64,000 bases of DNA from Piedraia hortae CBS 480.64 (lineage: Eukaryota). Positions within the stretch are counted from its first letter, which is position 1; the number at the start of each line of letters is the position of its first letter. The notes under the pieces are model-generated. The model was not told the DNA's origin. It saw nothing but the letters and a program-made list of their open reading frames with translations, and made no database searches. A program made the translations under genes and the position numbers. Of this stretch, positions 19,003-30,263 are shown in pieces. The stretch spans positions 124,001 to 188,000 of the forward strand of contig MU005974.1 in assembly GCA_010093745.1 (NCBI GenBank). The letters run 5' to 3'.

Positions 19003-20196
19003 ATGGCCGAGTCAGATCCCGAATATGACCCCAACGACTCCGACCACGCTCCCAAGCCCTCCGCCCGTTCAAAGCACGCAAAATGGGAAGCCCCTGCCAC
19101 CTCGCGCTGGACTCTGCCCCCCGTACCCACCCCCACCTCAGACGTCCCTCCCCCTCCCAAACACCAACGGCAACTAAAAGACACGACGCCCCTCCAGCGG
19201 GGCATAATCCGGAATGTCCTCCTCATCCTCGACCTATCATCATCCATGTCGCAAAAAGACCTCCGCCCAACCCGCCAGCTCTTCACAATAAAAACCTGCA
19301 TAACCCTCGTCCGGGAATTCTTCTCTCAGAACCCCATCTCTCAACTCGGCATCCTCGCAACCCGCGACGGGATCTGTACCGAAATCTCGCCTCTATCCGG
19401 GAATCCAAGTGAGCACATAACCGCGTTAGCGGGCCTGCGCAGTTTAGAACCAAGGGGAAACCCATCGCTACAAAACACCCTCGAAATGTCCCGCGCACTA
19501 CTCTACCACACGCCTCCCCACAGCAGTAAGGAAGTGATTATCCTCCTGGGCGGACTAATGACTTCCGATCCGGGTGATATCAATACCACGATCGCATCCT
19601 GCGTAAAAGATCACGTCCGCATAAGGATCATCGGTCTCTCCGCGGAGATGTTCATCTGCGGGGAGATCTGTCGCAGAACGAATGGCGGGGCGGGGGGATA
19701 CTATAACATCGCGACGGATGAGGTTGAATTTGAGAGGTTGGTTGCTGAGGTTGCGATCCCGAGTGTTGTTGTTATGAGAGAGAAGAGGGGGAGAGGGGCG
19801 GAGCTTTTGAGAATGGGGTTTCCGTCACGGGGGGTGGGGAGGGATAATTCGCTGGCTTCGCTGTGCGCGTGTCATGGGAAATTGGGGAGGGGGGGATATA
19901 TGTGTAGCATGTGTGGTGCGAGGGTGTGCGCCCTGCCGACCACGTGCCCCGTTTGTGGGCTCATGTTGATTCTCTCGACGCATTTGGCGAGGTCGTATCA
20001 TCACTTGTTTCCGCTAAGGAATTGGGTTGAGGTTCCATGGGAAAAGGGAGAGTGTTTTGGGTGTTTGAGGCCGTTTGAGGACGGAGAAGGGCAGGGTCGC
20101 TACGAGTGTACGGCGTGTCATCAACACTTTTGTATCAATTGTGACGTGTTTTGTCATGAAGTGGTGCATAATTGTCCGGGATGTTTGAGTAAGTAG
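19003..20196 (+). CDS. SSL1: TFIIH subunit Ssl1/p44
   Basis: vWA domain (LQRGIIRNVLLILDLS, FFSQNPISQLG, PSLQNTLEM), C4 finger, STHLARSYHHLFPL and a C-terminal RING-like finger ending HNCPGC. Confidence 0.95.
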   Translation: MAESDPEYDPNDSDHAPKPSARSKHAKWEAPATSRWTLPPVPTPTSDVPPPPKHQRQLKDTTPLQRGIIRNVLLILDLSSSMSQKDLRPTRQLFTIKTCITLVREFFSQNPISQLGILATRDGICTEISPLSGNPSEHITALAGLRSLEPRGNPSLQNTLEMSRALLYHTPPHSSKEVIILLGGLMTSDPGDINTTIASCVKDHVRIRIIGLSAEMFICGEICRRTNGGAGGYYNIATDEVEFERLVAEVAIPSVVVMREKRGRGAELLRMGFPSRGVGRDNSLASLCACHGKLGRGGYMCSMCGARVCALPTTCPVCGLMLILSTHLARSYHHLFPLRNWVEVPWEKGECFGCLRPFEDGEGQGRYECTACHQHFCINCDVFCHEVVHNCPGCLSK

Positions 20197-20226
20197 TATA
20201 TCTACGAGTATAATCGTGATGAACCA

Positions 20227-22526
20227 TTACATGTGTTGCTTTTCTTTGCCGTCTTGTTGGGTGTAGCGGTACTGTCATCTGTCAGCATGTTCAGCTCCCT
20301 TGGATTGCCAAGACTCACCCTCAAGACAAAGTTTACCACAATCCCGACAAATAGCGCCGCACAAATGAACAGTGGCCCGAACGTGGCATCAAAGTCCCGC
20401 CCACTCCTCTCCCGAATCAGCTTGATCCGCCAGAGATAAACTTTGTACCCCCAGAACCCCGCGAAGATAGCAATAAGCGTATACACCAAAGCGAGCACTT
20501 TTGTCAAGGTGTCATCCTTGGGGGCTGCGTTCAACATGCTGACCGAAAGCGCCGCCAGCAAGACGCTGACATGCTGCCATTTGATAAATGTCCGCTGGTT
20601 TGCGAGCCAGACTTTTTCCTCGACGTTGACAGGTCCCACATCCTTTAAAAAGTATGTTGGTTTAGTCACCCCCGGAGGTAAAGTTCCGTAGGTGCCCCCA
20701 TTACCAGCAGCGACATCTCTGCGTCGCTGGGCATATCTGGAAATGCTTGTGCCAAAGAGACCGGGAAGGGCCTTACCCTTCTTGAGTAAGGAAGTCGATT
20801 GGTCGCCTTCGTGCTCTTCGGGCTCGGCTTCGTCTTCGGCAGCGGGCGAGACGCGTTTCTTGCCCGCTTTCACATCAGACTTGGGAGTCCTTGTCTCGGT
20901 CGCGACGGGAGACATTTTCGCCCCCGCACTGCGTCCCTCGAGTCCCTTCCGTACAGACAGAGACTTGCTGTTGATCAGACTACCCACGGCAAATTCATCG
21001 TCTTGTTCTTTTTGCTTCTTCGCCTGCTCCTCTTCAAATGCCTCGCGGGGGTTTCTCCGGATGTCCGTTTCCACCTGTGAGAGCCAAAAGGGGAGGGTGT
21101 TGACGTGGTCTTCGAAGAGGCAGGCTATGCCATGGAGGAATTTGGAGAACCGTGGGGATTCTTTGACTAGATGCGAGTTCATGAGATCATTAATCCATTC
21201 GTTGCGTCGTTCGCATGATCTGAGCACTTTAAGCTCGAGTATGGCAAAGGGAAAACGGTTGATTTCTCCCTTGCGGATGGCCTTGAACGGGTATTCCATT
21301 CTGACACTGTCAATGTCTGTTCGGTGCCAGCTTTCGGGGTCTCGAGCCGGTCGTTCGTCGATGCTATCTTCTCGGATGAAGACGAGATTGGTGTCGAGAC
21401 TGACGCGTACACGGTTATCACCGGGGATTTGGAACGCTGTGCGGGTGTAGTTGGCGCGAAGCACGGGTTGGAGGTCGTTTTCTCTGATATAGCCCTGGAT
21501 CTCATGAACAATCTCCTTGAGCTTCGTGACTTCGTTGGACGTCTCTCCCGCACGATTGGCTACTTTCTGGATTTGCTTGTCCATGCTGTGTCCGTCGCCG
21601 TTGAGATATGACTGAACGTATTTCTCTTTGGTCGTGAATTTCTTATCGGTGCTCGAGTCCTCATCGACAATTTTTCTCTCCACCCAAATTGGCGGTTTGT
21701 CGTTGAGTTGGCCATACCATCTCAGCCTTACCGATGAGCCAGTGCCACGGTCTACCTTTTTGGTGTAGAGCGAGAATTTGGGGTTGTCAAGGTAAATGCT
21801 TGTAATGGAAGGGTCGGGAGTGATGCCTTCTGCCACCCTTGAGGTCGCCGAGTTGTAGACCAGAACCGGCAAACGACGGAGAATCATAGTCTTGAGCTCC
21901 AACAAATTATCAGGATGGACCCAGAATTTGTGGCTGACATATTCTTCACTTTCGTCTCGCCCATCATTAGTACTAGACCGACGTCCATCGGAATCACCCA
22001 GCTGTTGACGCACGAAATTGTACATGGCACTAAGTCTGTACAACAACGGTGAATAATCTTCTCTGTTAAAGGGCAGAGCCGCCAATCGAACGATCAGCAT
22101 TGGGCGAATCTTGTACGACTGGCCCCGCTTGCGGTCATGTTTCTTGGCTGATTTAAGAAATCCAGTGTAGTTGATGCGGCTGTATTTTTCCAGTTGATTG
22201 AGCTCAGTCGTTATCTGGTCCAGTTCGCCCTCAATATTTTTCAAAGCTGTCTTGTCTGCACTGTCTTGCTGGGCGATCGTGTCCAGACGAGCCTCGCAGG
22301 TCGCCGTTTTCTCACGCAACTTTTCAAATTTATCTCTGTGGAAACCATGCACCCTCTCTAACTGCACATTGACGAGCTCATGGACGAATTGGTGCTCGTC
22401 CTCTTCGGTCCAATCATCGGCCTCGCCGTCATCCTCACGTAGAAGACGCTTCAGCTTTGGGTAATCTATGTAGTAGTCACGCCATGGCGGGTAGATGGCT
22501 AGCTGAAGGGTTCGTCCGAAGCGCAT
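20227..22526 (-). CDS. Vacuolar transporter chaperone subunit (SPX-VTC-DUF202; Vtc2/Vtc3-like); exons 22526-20319 and 20271-20227
   Basis: SPX domain (MRFG...YIDYPKLK...INYTGFLKSAKKHD), VTC domain (KFWVHPDN, YTRTAFQIPGD, PRFSKFLHG), and WLANQRTFIKW followed by 3 TM segments. Confidence 0.92.
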
Positions 22527-22574
22527 CTTGAACTGCTCAGACTATCGATTCGAGCTCGACGATGTTTTATAGCC

Positions 22575-22617
22575 CACGTGATTTCGATTACCACCCACGT
22601 GATTGATAAGTCACGTG
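22575..22617. promoter_or_regulatory. Three CACGTG E-boxes in the 135-bp VTC/Nudix divergent promoter
   Basis: CACGTG at 22575, 22596 and 22612. The first two share the context CCCACGTGATT. Confidence 0.6.
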
Positions 22618-22661
22618 CGCGATAAGGCGTCCGCCTCCCAGCGCTTGGAGGGGATGGCGGC

Positions 22662-23999
22662 ATGGAGTCTGTAGGTATAGCGCCGGAGCTGGTAGCAGCG
22701 ACGCGGTCGGTACTGGAAAAGTTGACGGCGTCGCCATATGCCGTCCTCGAATCGCCGGAATCCACCAAGCGACGGGCGTCTGTCGCATTCATACTTCGCA
22801 TAAGACCGTCGAACGCGGAATGGCCCATGGTCGGAGCGACTAAAGCAACCCTCGGGGAATTTTTCGACCAAAGTTATGTCCAACACGGCGAGCCAGAAGT
22901 CCTCTTTATCAAACGAGCGGCACGCAAGGGCGACAAATGGACATCCCACATTGCGCTTCCGGGAGGAAAACGTGACTCAGAAGATGTCGACGATCAAGCA
23001 GCAGCCATCAGAGAAACATGGGAAGAAGTCGGGCTGGACCTGAACAAATACAGCATCAGTTGCGGGAACTTGCCCCAACGATTGGTGACAACGCACTGGG
23101 GGAAGAAGCCTCTGATGGTGCTCTGTCCCTACGTCTTTCTCTTGTCGAGCTTTGAAATTCCTCCATTACGGCTTCAGCCAAGCGAAGTGGCATCAACACA
23201 TTGGGTGCCCATTCGGAGCCTGCTCTCGCCAAGACAACGCACCGTCGTCTTCGAGGACATGTCGAGTCGCATAGCAAACCAAGAGACAGGCGTGAAGAAG
23301 TGGATGTTGTCCATGATACTCGGCAAGATGATGTTTGCCGCTATCAATCTCGTACCTACCGAGAGCCTGCACAGCGTCGAATCTCCTGCTGATGGGTCTG
23401 CTGTACAGCTGCAAGACAACCGTCTTGCGCGTCCAAGTTTTCAATCCAAAGTCAGTGCCTTTGCTCAGAGAGTCTACCACTGCGACGTATTCAATCAATT
23501 CTCCCCTCCTCCTCGCGATGGTCCGTTGCTTCTCTGGGGTCTTACATTAGGCGTGGTGTCTGACTTTCTGGATCTCATCCCACCACACAACGCTCTTACC
23601 TTATGGAGTTATCCCAACTTCACGCCCCTTGACGTCCGGTTCGCAGTCTGGCTCATGACTTACCGCTTCAAAGAACGCAAGAGAATGGAGCTGCAATCTG
23701 GGACAACGTTACAGAAACCCTCATTCGGCGCCGTGACAGAAAGCGTGGCCCATAGACCAGACGAGACTGGTTTCCACGGCCTAGGCACTGGGAGTGGGAC
23801 GAGCACAAGAGAAGCAGCCGTCTCAACAATGTTGGAAGGGTACGTCGAGCGTCTGGCCGACTTCATCCTGCCGGAGATCACTGACCGGTACAGGTACTAC
23901 GATATTGTGCGGAAAGCGGTTGGATTGGCATTGGTCGGAAGGGTTACGTTGCTTACTGTGATTGTATACTACGTGCTGAAAAAACTGAGAAGACTGTAA
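22662..23999 (+). CDS. Nudix hydrolase (CoA-pyrophosphatase-like) with C-terminal TM anchor; probable intron 23840-23893
   Basis: HIALPGGKRD...AAIRETWEEVGL Nudix box, LQPSEVA and LWGLT. In-frame 54-nt GTACGT...CTGAC...CAG intron. Confidence 0.85.
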   Translation: MESVGIAPELVAATRSVLEKLTASPYAVLESPESTKRRASVAFILRIRPSNAEWPMVGATKATLGEFFDQSYVQHGEPEVLFIKRAARKGDKWTSHIALPGGKRDSEDVDDQAAAIRETWEEVGLDLNKYSISCGNLPQRLVTTHWGKKPLMVLCPYVFLLSSFEIPPLRLQPSEVASTHWVPIRSLLSPRQRTVVFEDMSSRIANQETGVKKWMLSMILGKMMFAAINLVPTESLHSVESPADGSAVQLQDNRLARPSFQSKVSAFAQRVYHCDVFNQFSPPPRDGPLLLWGLTLGVVSDFLDLIPPHNALTLWSYPNFTPLDVRFAVWLMTYRFKERKRMELQSGTTLQKPSFGAVTESVAHRPDETGFHGLGTGSGTSTREAAVSTMLEGYVERLADFILPEITDRYRYYDIVRKAVGLALVGRVTLLTVIVYYVLKKLRRL

Positions 24000-24088
24000 A
24001 TATGCACGACGATTTATGATGCTGCATGCACTTGCTGTTCGCTTCCAACCCCGCACGGAAACCAAACTGACGGCTATCCTCCACCAGC

Positions 24089-25754
24089 ATGCCCAAGATC
24101 CCCTACTCCGAAGTCTCCCTTCACCGCAGCCACGATTCCTGCTGGGTAATCCTCTACGGCCAAGTCTGGGACGTGACAGATTTCCTCCCTTGTACGTAGT
24201 CATCCTCCCAAATCCCCCCCCTCTAACCCATCAGCTCACCCCGGCGGCCCCAACTCCATCCTCTCCCTCTCCGGGAGCGACGCCACCGAGTCCTACGACC
24301 CGATCCACCCCGCGGGAACTCTGGAAAATAACCTCCCTCCCGAATCCCTCTTGGGCGAAATCGATGAAGCCACTCTGCCTAAACCACAAACCCAAAAACC
24401 CTCTCTCCAATATCAATCAACTCCCTCATCCCCCCACATTCCCAAGTCATTAACCCAATGCCTCAACCTCTCCGACATCGAACTCCTCGCCCACCAAACC
24501 ATGACCCCCAAAGCCCGAAATTACTACTCCTCCGCCTCCGACGACATGTTCTCCAAATCCCTCAACTCCACCATCTACCGTCAGATCCTCCTCCGCCCGC
24601 GCATCCTCGTCGACTGCACCCGTGTCTCCACACGCACCACCTTCCTAGGCCACGAAGTATCCCTCCCCTTCTTCGCCGCCCCTGCCGCAATGGCTCGTCT
24701 GGGCCACAGAGACGGCGAAGCAGGCATCGCAGCGGCATGTGCAAAGTTCGGGGTAATGCAGATTGTGAGTAACAATTCTTCGATGGGGATCGAGGAGGTT
24801 GTGGGTCGAACGACCCTCCCTCCCCAACCCCCCCAACCCACCCCCCCAACCCCCCCGCTCTTCGGATGGCAATTATATATCCAAAAAGAGCGACCCAAAA
24901 GCGAGGAGATGTTGCGGCGGGTTGGCAAGCTCCCCCAGGTAGGATTCATCTGTCTTACCGTTGATGCGCCGGTTCCGGGGAAGAGAGAGGATGATCAACG
25001 AACAGCCTTTACTGCTGGGGAGGAATCCTCATCACCTTCACCCAGTTCTGGGGGTGAGGAGGGAAAAGCAACCCCATCCCCACAGAACGGCGATGCCAAG
25101 GGGATTGAGGGCGGAGCGATACACCCACCCTCACAAACTGATGGTAACCCAAACCCCCAGTCCGCTGAAAAAAGAAAAGAAATCCACCTCGAAGAATCCC
25201 CACCCATCGCCGGCGGGGTCGGCAAAGCTCTATCCGCTGGGATGGACACATCCCTGACGTGGTCCACCGCCCTCCCGTGGCTAGCTAAACTCACGCACCT
25301 CCCCATCGTAATCAAAGGAATCCAAACGCACGAAGACGCGTATATAGCCTACCAGCACTATCCCCTTGTTAGGGGGATAATTTTATCTAACCACGGGGGT
25401 AGAGCGCTTGATACCGCCCCGCCGCCGATCCACACCCTTCTTGAGATTAGGAAGTTTTGTCCCGAGGTGTTGGAGAAGTTGGAGGTTTGTGTTGACGGGG
25501 GGATTAAGCGAGGAACGGATGTTGTGAAAGCGCTTGCGTTGGGGGCGAAGTTAGTGGGTTTAGGCAGGGCACCGCTTTATGGCAATGCGGCGGGTGGAGA
25601 GAAGGGTGTGGAGAGGGTTTGGGAGATTCTGAAAGATGAGGTTGAGACGGCGATGAGGTTGTTGGGCGTGGAGAGGGTGGATCAGTTGGGGAAGAGACAT
25701 GTTAATACGAGGGCGGTGGAGAGGGATTTGTTTGATGGGAGGAGTAAATTGTGA
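24089..25754 (+). CDS. Cytochrome b2-like FMN-dependent alpha-hydroxy-acid dehydrogenase with cytochrome b5 domain and PTS1; exons 24089-24191 and 24235-25754
   Basis: Spliced b5 domain ([23 protein letters not shown]...DATESYDPIH), LTVDAPVPGKRE, SNHGGRALD, VDGGIKRGTDVVKAL. Ends in SKL. Confidence 0.9.
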
Positions 25755-25758
25755 TTAG

Positions 25759-28147
25759 TTACAGTTCGTCGTGTTTGGGGTTATTGCTAAAGTCAGCGGA
25801 CATGGACATGATCTTGACGATTAGACTCGTCCAGCCGGTGAAGTGTTGCGTGCGTTGACCCGAACCTGTTTCGGGGTTGTATTGTTCCCATGCGAAGCCG
25901 GTTTCGACCCAGGAGGTGTACACGGTTTTGATTAGGTTATGGCGGAGGAGGGTGTAGAGTTTACTGGCCTGGGCGCGGTGGGGCCCGGGTTGGGTTGCGA
26001 TGTTCTGTGACTTTGTTAGGAGGGTGGTATGAGGGTGGAAATGGCTTACGTGGAGGTTGCGCACGATGAGATAGTTCATGTTCATCCACACCGGACTGCG
26101 CCAGTAATTCTCATCCGTCATGTACAATTCGTCCTTCTTGCTCAGACTGCGGATTCCATGAGGGGACCACAGTTCTTCTTTATCGCCAATCAGGTTGAGG
26201 ATGTCTTTGAGATGGTCTGACTGTGGCCCCACAAGTCCTGTCATGAAGGGGAAGATTGAAATATATCCCTTGTGACAAACGTGGATGGATTCCTCGTAAT
26301 CGTCGACCGTCACATCGCAGTATGCTTTCTCTTTCTCATCCCAGTGCAAGTCATCAACATTGCGTCGTATCGATTCGGCGATTTTGTCATAGTTTGCAGA
26401 GTCGTCGGCCTCGCCGATGTATTTTGCCACACGGGACATGGTCGAAGCCATCATTCCCATCCAGCTGATCAGATCAGCATGAAGCTCACCCGGATGGGGA
26501 GGCTGGGCCCTGGGGTAATCGTCCAAGCCTGATGTCAGAATGTGTCGAGGCGTCCGTCCTCTCCAGCGATAACCCTCCTTGGAAGAAAAGGCCGGACGGT
26601 CATAGGCTCGAAGATCACCCCGTTGAGTCTTGCGATACCACTCAAAGTTGCGCTGGAGCAACGGGTACACTTCTGTCAGCCACTGTTTAATATCGGTCCC
26701 CTTGTCTAGCAGGGCGTCTAGAACCATGAACAGTGTTGGTGGATTGGCATAATGAGGATACTGAACCTGAAACTCTTCAGGGACCTTGGTCCTGGCTTCC
26801 GGACCTAGGATTTGCTCCCTTGCAATCCACCCTTCTTCATCCATGGTCTTGAACCACGAACTAACAATCTGCATCGCCAATTCCGGATCCCAATCAACGA
26901 TGGGCAGAAGATGAAACCCCTCATCCCAAAGGAAGCCCCTGGGAAAAAAGGGACGAGATGGAACAGAGGTGTAAAGTTCGTACGGACCCTCGAGTTTTTG
27001 ACGGCCGGCTGCTCGGGCTTCTTCCGTTTCTTGCCAAAAGCCTTCATTCAACTCTTCATATGCCTCGTCATATGAACGATCTACAAGCTGATCGCCGTAA
27101 AAATACCCAATACCTCCCACAAGATTGCTGAACAGATTCTTACTGAAATCAAGGTAGCTTGAGCTTGTAAACGGCGGCTGTGGTTCGAACGTGCCAAGGA
27201 AACGCTCAGAAAACTGCGCAACCGTCTTTCCCACTGCCGCTGCCACATCAGGCGATGCTGACGAATTAGAAGGAGTGTAAACAACGTCAAACTCAAAGGG
27301 TCCTTCAAAGACCTTTTGAAGAATGTGAAAGTTTCCCTCGCCTGGACGATGGCTTACAGTATACGCTTGATAAGGCGGAGGCATCTTCTCCTGCGTATAC
27401 TCGTTGACATAGCCTTCGATAGTGCTCCTCATAGAAGCAAATAACAAGGCTAATGGACTTGTCAGAATCAGTATGAGCCTGCTATTGCAGAAAATAATCA
27501 CCTTTGGCTTGCCAAGTTGCATCATTCGGGACTTGCAAAGAGTGCACAAATGTTTTGTCAAGGGGTTTGCTGGCATACGCTGGATGGACATGCATGGGAT
27601 GTTCATTCCCACTCGGAGCAGTTACTTTTAGCTGAAAATTGCCGAGATCGTCAGTGTGTCCGATGAAGAGGACATCACCAGTGATGCCATCTTCTTCTTC
27701 CCCGGCCTGCACTTCCAGGCTGCCAGGCCCTTCATTAGCTACAGTAAACCACACGCTTGTTCTGATCTGCTCAGACTCGCCATTTCGTGGCGTTCCTTTG
27801 ATCTTGGCGGCCCAGCCTCCATTTTCGAGCTTTACAAATGAAGTTGCAAGGTCAATGCCATTGCCACGATCGTGGATTGTTTGAATACCACCAGAGCGGG
27901 GATCATAAACATCCCAACCGTAGCCCGCCATTCCTTCATGCTGCTCGCAAGTATAGCGCACATTGTGAGGAATAGTCATAAAATCCTCAACCCTCGCCCA
28001 CATAAGAGAGGTTGATATGGATTTTGGGATGCGTGGGCGGAGCCCAAAATAGAGATTGGGACGATAGGGACCCCAGAGAAGGGTGTCGTTTGATGCGCCA
28101 TTCGCCGTTGCCCACTCCACCAGGGCGGCGAGCGCCAGTAACCTCAT
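25759..28147 (-). CDS. CWH41: ER alpha-glucosidase I (GH63); introns 27501-27450 and 26049-26005
   Basis: Signal peptide, LWGPYRPNLYFG, VPSRPFFPRGFLWDEGFH, SGLDDYPR, HFTGWTSL and C-terminal HDEL. Confidence 0.95.
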
Positions 28148-28268
28148 CTTTGGTTAGATGTGTCACGTGTCAATGAGTTGGAGTAGATGTGACGTTTGAC
28201 ATTTGACATTTGACATCACATCACCCCGCGCTGTCACACTGACACATTCACCACCACTTCAACTGACC

Positions 28269-29237
28269 ATGGACCTGCTCAAAACTGTAGAAAAATCGGG
28301 CTCCTCCCGCGGCGGAGTCAACTTTAGCTGGGAAGATGTCAAGAAGAGCGAGTTTCGGGAGAATTACTTGGGCCACTCGATCATGGCGCCGGTTGGACGG
28401 TGGCAGAAGGGCAAAGACCTCAATTGGTATGCCAAAGCAGATGATGCGGGGCTCAGTCCAGAAGAAAAGCGGCAAAAGGAGGAACAGCGGCGGCGAGAAG
28501 AGTTGCGCAAGGTCAAGGAGGCCGAGGAAGATGCCATGGCCGCCGCCCTGGGTCTGCCGCCTCCAGATCGGAGCGAAAAGCTGCCCATGGCCATGAGCAT
28601 AGGAAGCAGTGCCGGCCCCGCAAGACCAGAGGACGGAGCTCCAAGCACAAGTGGAGATGGTCCATCAAAGCGGCGTAGAGCATCAAGGTCTCGGTCTGCG
28701 AACCGTCGGCGAAGAGAAGAGTCTTTCAGCCCGCAAAGAAAGCGATCTAGAAGGCACGATATGCGTAGCCATGGTCACAGTGATTATCATACACGCTCGA
28801 GGTCTATCAGCCGAGATCGAAGACGCAAACTTGAGGGTAGACGTGGAGAGCGGCGCCACAGATCTCCAACCAGATACGGGTCTTCGTCTAGGTACAAGTC
28901 CCCATCCAGGAAATGTGCTCGTGAACGGTCCCGCTCCCGTTCTCGCTCGTGGGGTAGGGACAGGGATCGTTACTATGATCGACACCCTGTGAACTACAGG
29001 CGTAGGGGTCACAGACAACGGTCGCCCTCACGAGATCGAGGGTACGCAGGCAGCCCGTTGGGCCGTCGGAGTCACCTGCGGGAAGCCGTGAGATCGTCAT
29101 CACGTTCACCGGAGCGCCAACGCCCATATGACTACTCACCTTCTAGACACAGGGAGAAACAGCGGTATGACCGCTCGCTGTCGCCTGCAAGACATCGTGG
29201 ACGGACACGGAACCGTTCACGGAGCAGAGGCGGATGA
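28269..29237 (+). CDS. MMtag/MMTAG2-domain protein with RS-rich tail
   Basis: [13 protein letters not shown]...[41 protein letters not shown], then an RS-rich region. Confidence 0.85.
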   Translation: MDLLKTVEKSGSSRGGVNFSWEDVKKSEFRENYLGHSIMAPVGRWQKGKDLNWYAKADDAGLSPEEKRQKEEQRRREELRKVKEAEEDAMAAALGLPPPDRSEKLPMAMSIGSSAGPARPEDGAPSTSGDGPSKRRRASRSRSANRRRREESFSPQRKRSRRHDMRSHGHSDYHTRSRSISRDRRRKLEGRRGERRHRSPTRYGSSSRYKSPSRKCARERSRSRSRSWGRDRDRYYDRHPVNYRRRGHRQRSPSRDRGYAGSPLGRRSHLREAVRSSSRSPERQRPYDYSPSRHREKQRYDRSLSPARHRGRTRNRSRSRGG

Positions 29238-30263
29238 AGACGGCTTCCACTATACTTACTGCTTTTCCAAGATGACGCATGGTGGCTGTGCTGCATCTCG
29301 CAACAATTGGTTCATGGGCCCTGTTCGTATCTTTAATCTATGTCAACATTGGTGTCTACCAAGCCACCCCCAAGCCAGGCTGTTCAAACGAGTAGTTCTT
29401 CCGGTCAAAATCAACATGGCTTCAAGAAGATTCGAGACAGAAAGCCTGCTCCCATGTGTCGAGTGACTTGCAACCGACTAGAGTTTACCCCCGTTGACTC
29501 ACGACTATGACAGAGCCACCAATTGGCCCCGAGACCAGCTGCTGTTGTTGCGTGTTTCAAACGTCGCTCGTTCTCGTGCCCCGTAGTGGGGTAGACACTG
29601 CCGCCTGCGCCAGCCGCCAATCAATTTGTACAGACGCCCTCTTGGCGGCAGGGATGGCGCGCAGGGACTGTCAGGGATTGGTTGTAACATCTGGACCGGC
29701 CCGGACCGATTCAACGGGCGCATGGCAAAGCCCACTTCAGACGGTGTCAACGCCTTGTCAAACCAACAGCCGCGACGCGATCGATGAATGCTAAACCCTC
29801 CAAGTGTAAACGATGCCGGTTTGTCACAAAAGGAAAAATCTCACGACAGCCTCCCATGACTTTCTCCGTCTCCCTTGCGACGGCGCAGCCCCGTCTCACC
29901 TTGTCCCTCGCTGTGTCTCACCCACTCATCCGAGGCTAGAACGACATCGAGCCCTGTTCGGATGTATCTGTGAGTGAACGTGTAAAGCGAATAACCTCCC
30001 CCTTTGTTCCCCTCTCTTACCTTTGCCCACGAACACTCCCACCCCCACATCCTCTACGTGTGCCCCGGTGGCCACAGCCACTCCTTTGATACATCCCGCT
30101 TCAGGTGATTGTCTTTTTTACACGACTTGTCATTTGACCGAGCGCTCGCGCACCATTCTGTTCAGTTGTTGTCTTGCCCTGGCAATATGCTGGGCCCAAC
30201 ACGGGGATGAATTGCTATAACTCGCGGATCCCTGGATACTGAGCGTCACCTCTAATCAACATC

